A DNA stretch of 63,251 nt, the filler included, from Bigelowiella natans CCMP2755 (lineage: Eukaryota > Protista > Cercozoa), in the NCBI GenBank assembly GCA_000320545.1. It is 5 parts of 5 records of this genome, joined end to end, with 100 filler letters (N's around TTAATTAATTAA, not from the genome) between each part and the next. Parts side by side here need not be neighbours in the genome. Positions count along the whole stretch, not along the records: positions 61,089 to 63,251 come from ADNK01001331.1; 4 more parts are not named here. One strand, written 5' to 3'. The notes under the pieces are model-generated. The model had not been told where the DNA came from. It worked only from the letters and a program-made list of their open reading frames with translations, and made no database searches. The translations under genes were made by a program, and so were the position numbers. Of this stretch, positions 61,831 to 63,251 are shown one piece after another. Positions within the stretch are counted from its first letter, which is position 1, and each line of letters starts with the position of its first letter.

Positions 61831-62549
61831 AAACTACCGCTGCCATTAGCTCAACGGTGACTTCGAGCAGTTCAACCTCATCAAGTCGCCCTGAAAAAGG
61901 GACCAGCAACCACAACAACAAACAACGGAAGCAATCATAAGAACACTATTGCTACTACTGTTCTATTATTACTGCTGCTACTTAACTGCTACTGCTGCTA
62001 CAATTGCGTACGTGAGCATAAATCAATTACAGCCAAACAATTTTCTAACACAATAAACCTCTCTCCCCCCCCCCCCTCCCCCCCCCCTCTCTCTCTCTCT
62101 CCCTCTCTCTTTCTCTCTCTTTCTCTCTCTCCTACACACACGCACACATACGCACACATACGCACACACACACGCACACACGCACACACACAAACACACG
62201 CACACCTTCACAATACTCTTTGCCGCCATGATCTTCTGCTGTGGATGGTTCCGAGGGAAAGGAAGGAATGGCATTTTGGATGTGTTTAGAAGGAGGGGGG
62301 TTAGGATAGTAAATGGTGTTGAGCAATGGCACTGGGAAAGATACAATCGCTGTCGTAATCTATCTCATGCACGAAATGCGAGCATTCAATGATTCCTATG
62401 CCACATTCTCATCATCCCCCCCCTCATGCCTTATCGATGAGGAAACAACAACAATAACAACAACAATAACAACAACAACAACAAGCCAGCAGGACGTACG
62501 ATGATCTTACCCTTAGTCTCCTCCTGATCCATGATTGGCATAGAACCTT

Positions 62550-62622
<73 letters not shown>

Positions 62623-62759
62623 GTATTATGTAGTATGTAATGGTAGTGTGCTGCCAGCAACCTCTCCTTCACCCACCCAAACACGCACAATGTTGGACTG
62701 AAGTCTAATCTCGACTCTATCCTTAAGATGTACGAACACGATGATTGCCACACCACCAC

Positions 62760-62791
<32 letters not shown>

Positions 62792-63090
62792 TCAGCATCA
62801 TCACCACCTGCAGTAGGCGTGCCGTCCCATGTGGGGGAAGGGGGCTCAAAACCTGATAATGTTACACATTAGATGATGAGGAGGGGAGAGAGTTCATCTT
62901 ATAATCTCTGCTGGTAAACAGGGGCGTCATTTCCTTGAAGCCCTTGGTCCTCTGTACCTTGTGCTGCGGTTTTGCCCTTGAGAATACGCTTGACCAGCTT
63001 GTGCACGTCGTCCATCATGCTTTTCGGTAGCACCTTCTGCTTGAAGGAGCTCTCCGCACACACTTCGAGCAGACGCTGGTACGCGCTCAC
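61190..63090 (-). CDS. Internal exons of an unidentified gene
   Basis: Coding-like exon VSAYQRLLEVCAESSFKQKVLPKSMMDDVHKLVKRILKGKTAAQGTEDQGLQG (about 62900-63090) plus short GT/AG-bounded blocks among SSR-rich introns. Confidence 0.35.
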
Positions 63091-63135
63091 AGCTATATGA
63101 TGGGACACACGCACACATGCACACATATTTGTGTG

Positions 63136-63239
<104 letters not shown>

Positions 63240-63251
63240 CGCGTGTGCGCG

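Overview
Eukaryotic nuclear DNA, intron-dense, with introns full of (AT)n/(AC)n/(AG)n microsatellites. It is five contigs joined by artificial N-TTAATTAATTAA-N linkers, so adjacency across 13644-13743, 37010-37109, 59282-59381 and 60989-61088 is not proven. A CURT1/CAAD protein with a signal peptide plus transit-peptide-like leader, together with a ciliary CFAP47 gene, points to a flagellated alga with a secondary, probably green, plastid (chlorarachniophyte-like; inference). Recognisable genes: an intronless GT-like ORF, a multi-bromodomain/ET-like protein, a head-to-head inverted pair of PA14-domain mucin-stalk proteins, a PIP5K, CURT1, an EGF+GH43-like beta-propeller, a Ty3/gypsy LTR retrotransposon, about 22 kb of CFAP47 hosting two copies of a C/D snoRNA, and a BcbF/EcbF-like HAD phosphatase. 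Main leads: (1) the Ty3/gypsy integrase has a DD(27)E core and ends, where chromoviruses carry a chromodomain, in a degenerate Dam-type N6-adenine methyltransferase-like domain; (2) the PA14 pair has diverged N-termini inside roughly 700-bp near-identical inverted repeats, the geometry of an invertible or gene-conversion cassette; (3) intergenic spacers are palindrome-rich and share exact motifs. All family calls are from motif recognition by eye, and multi-exon gene boundaries are approximate.
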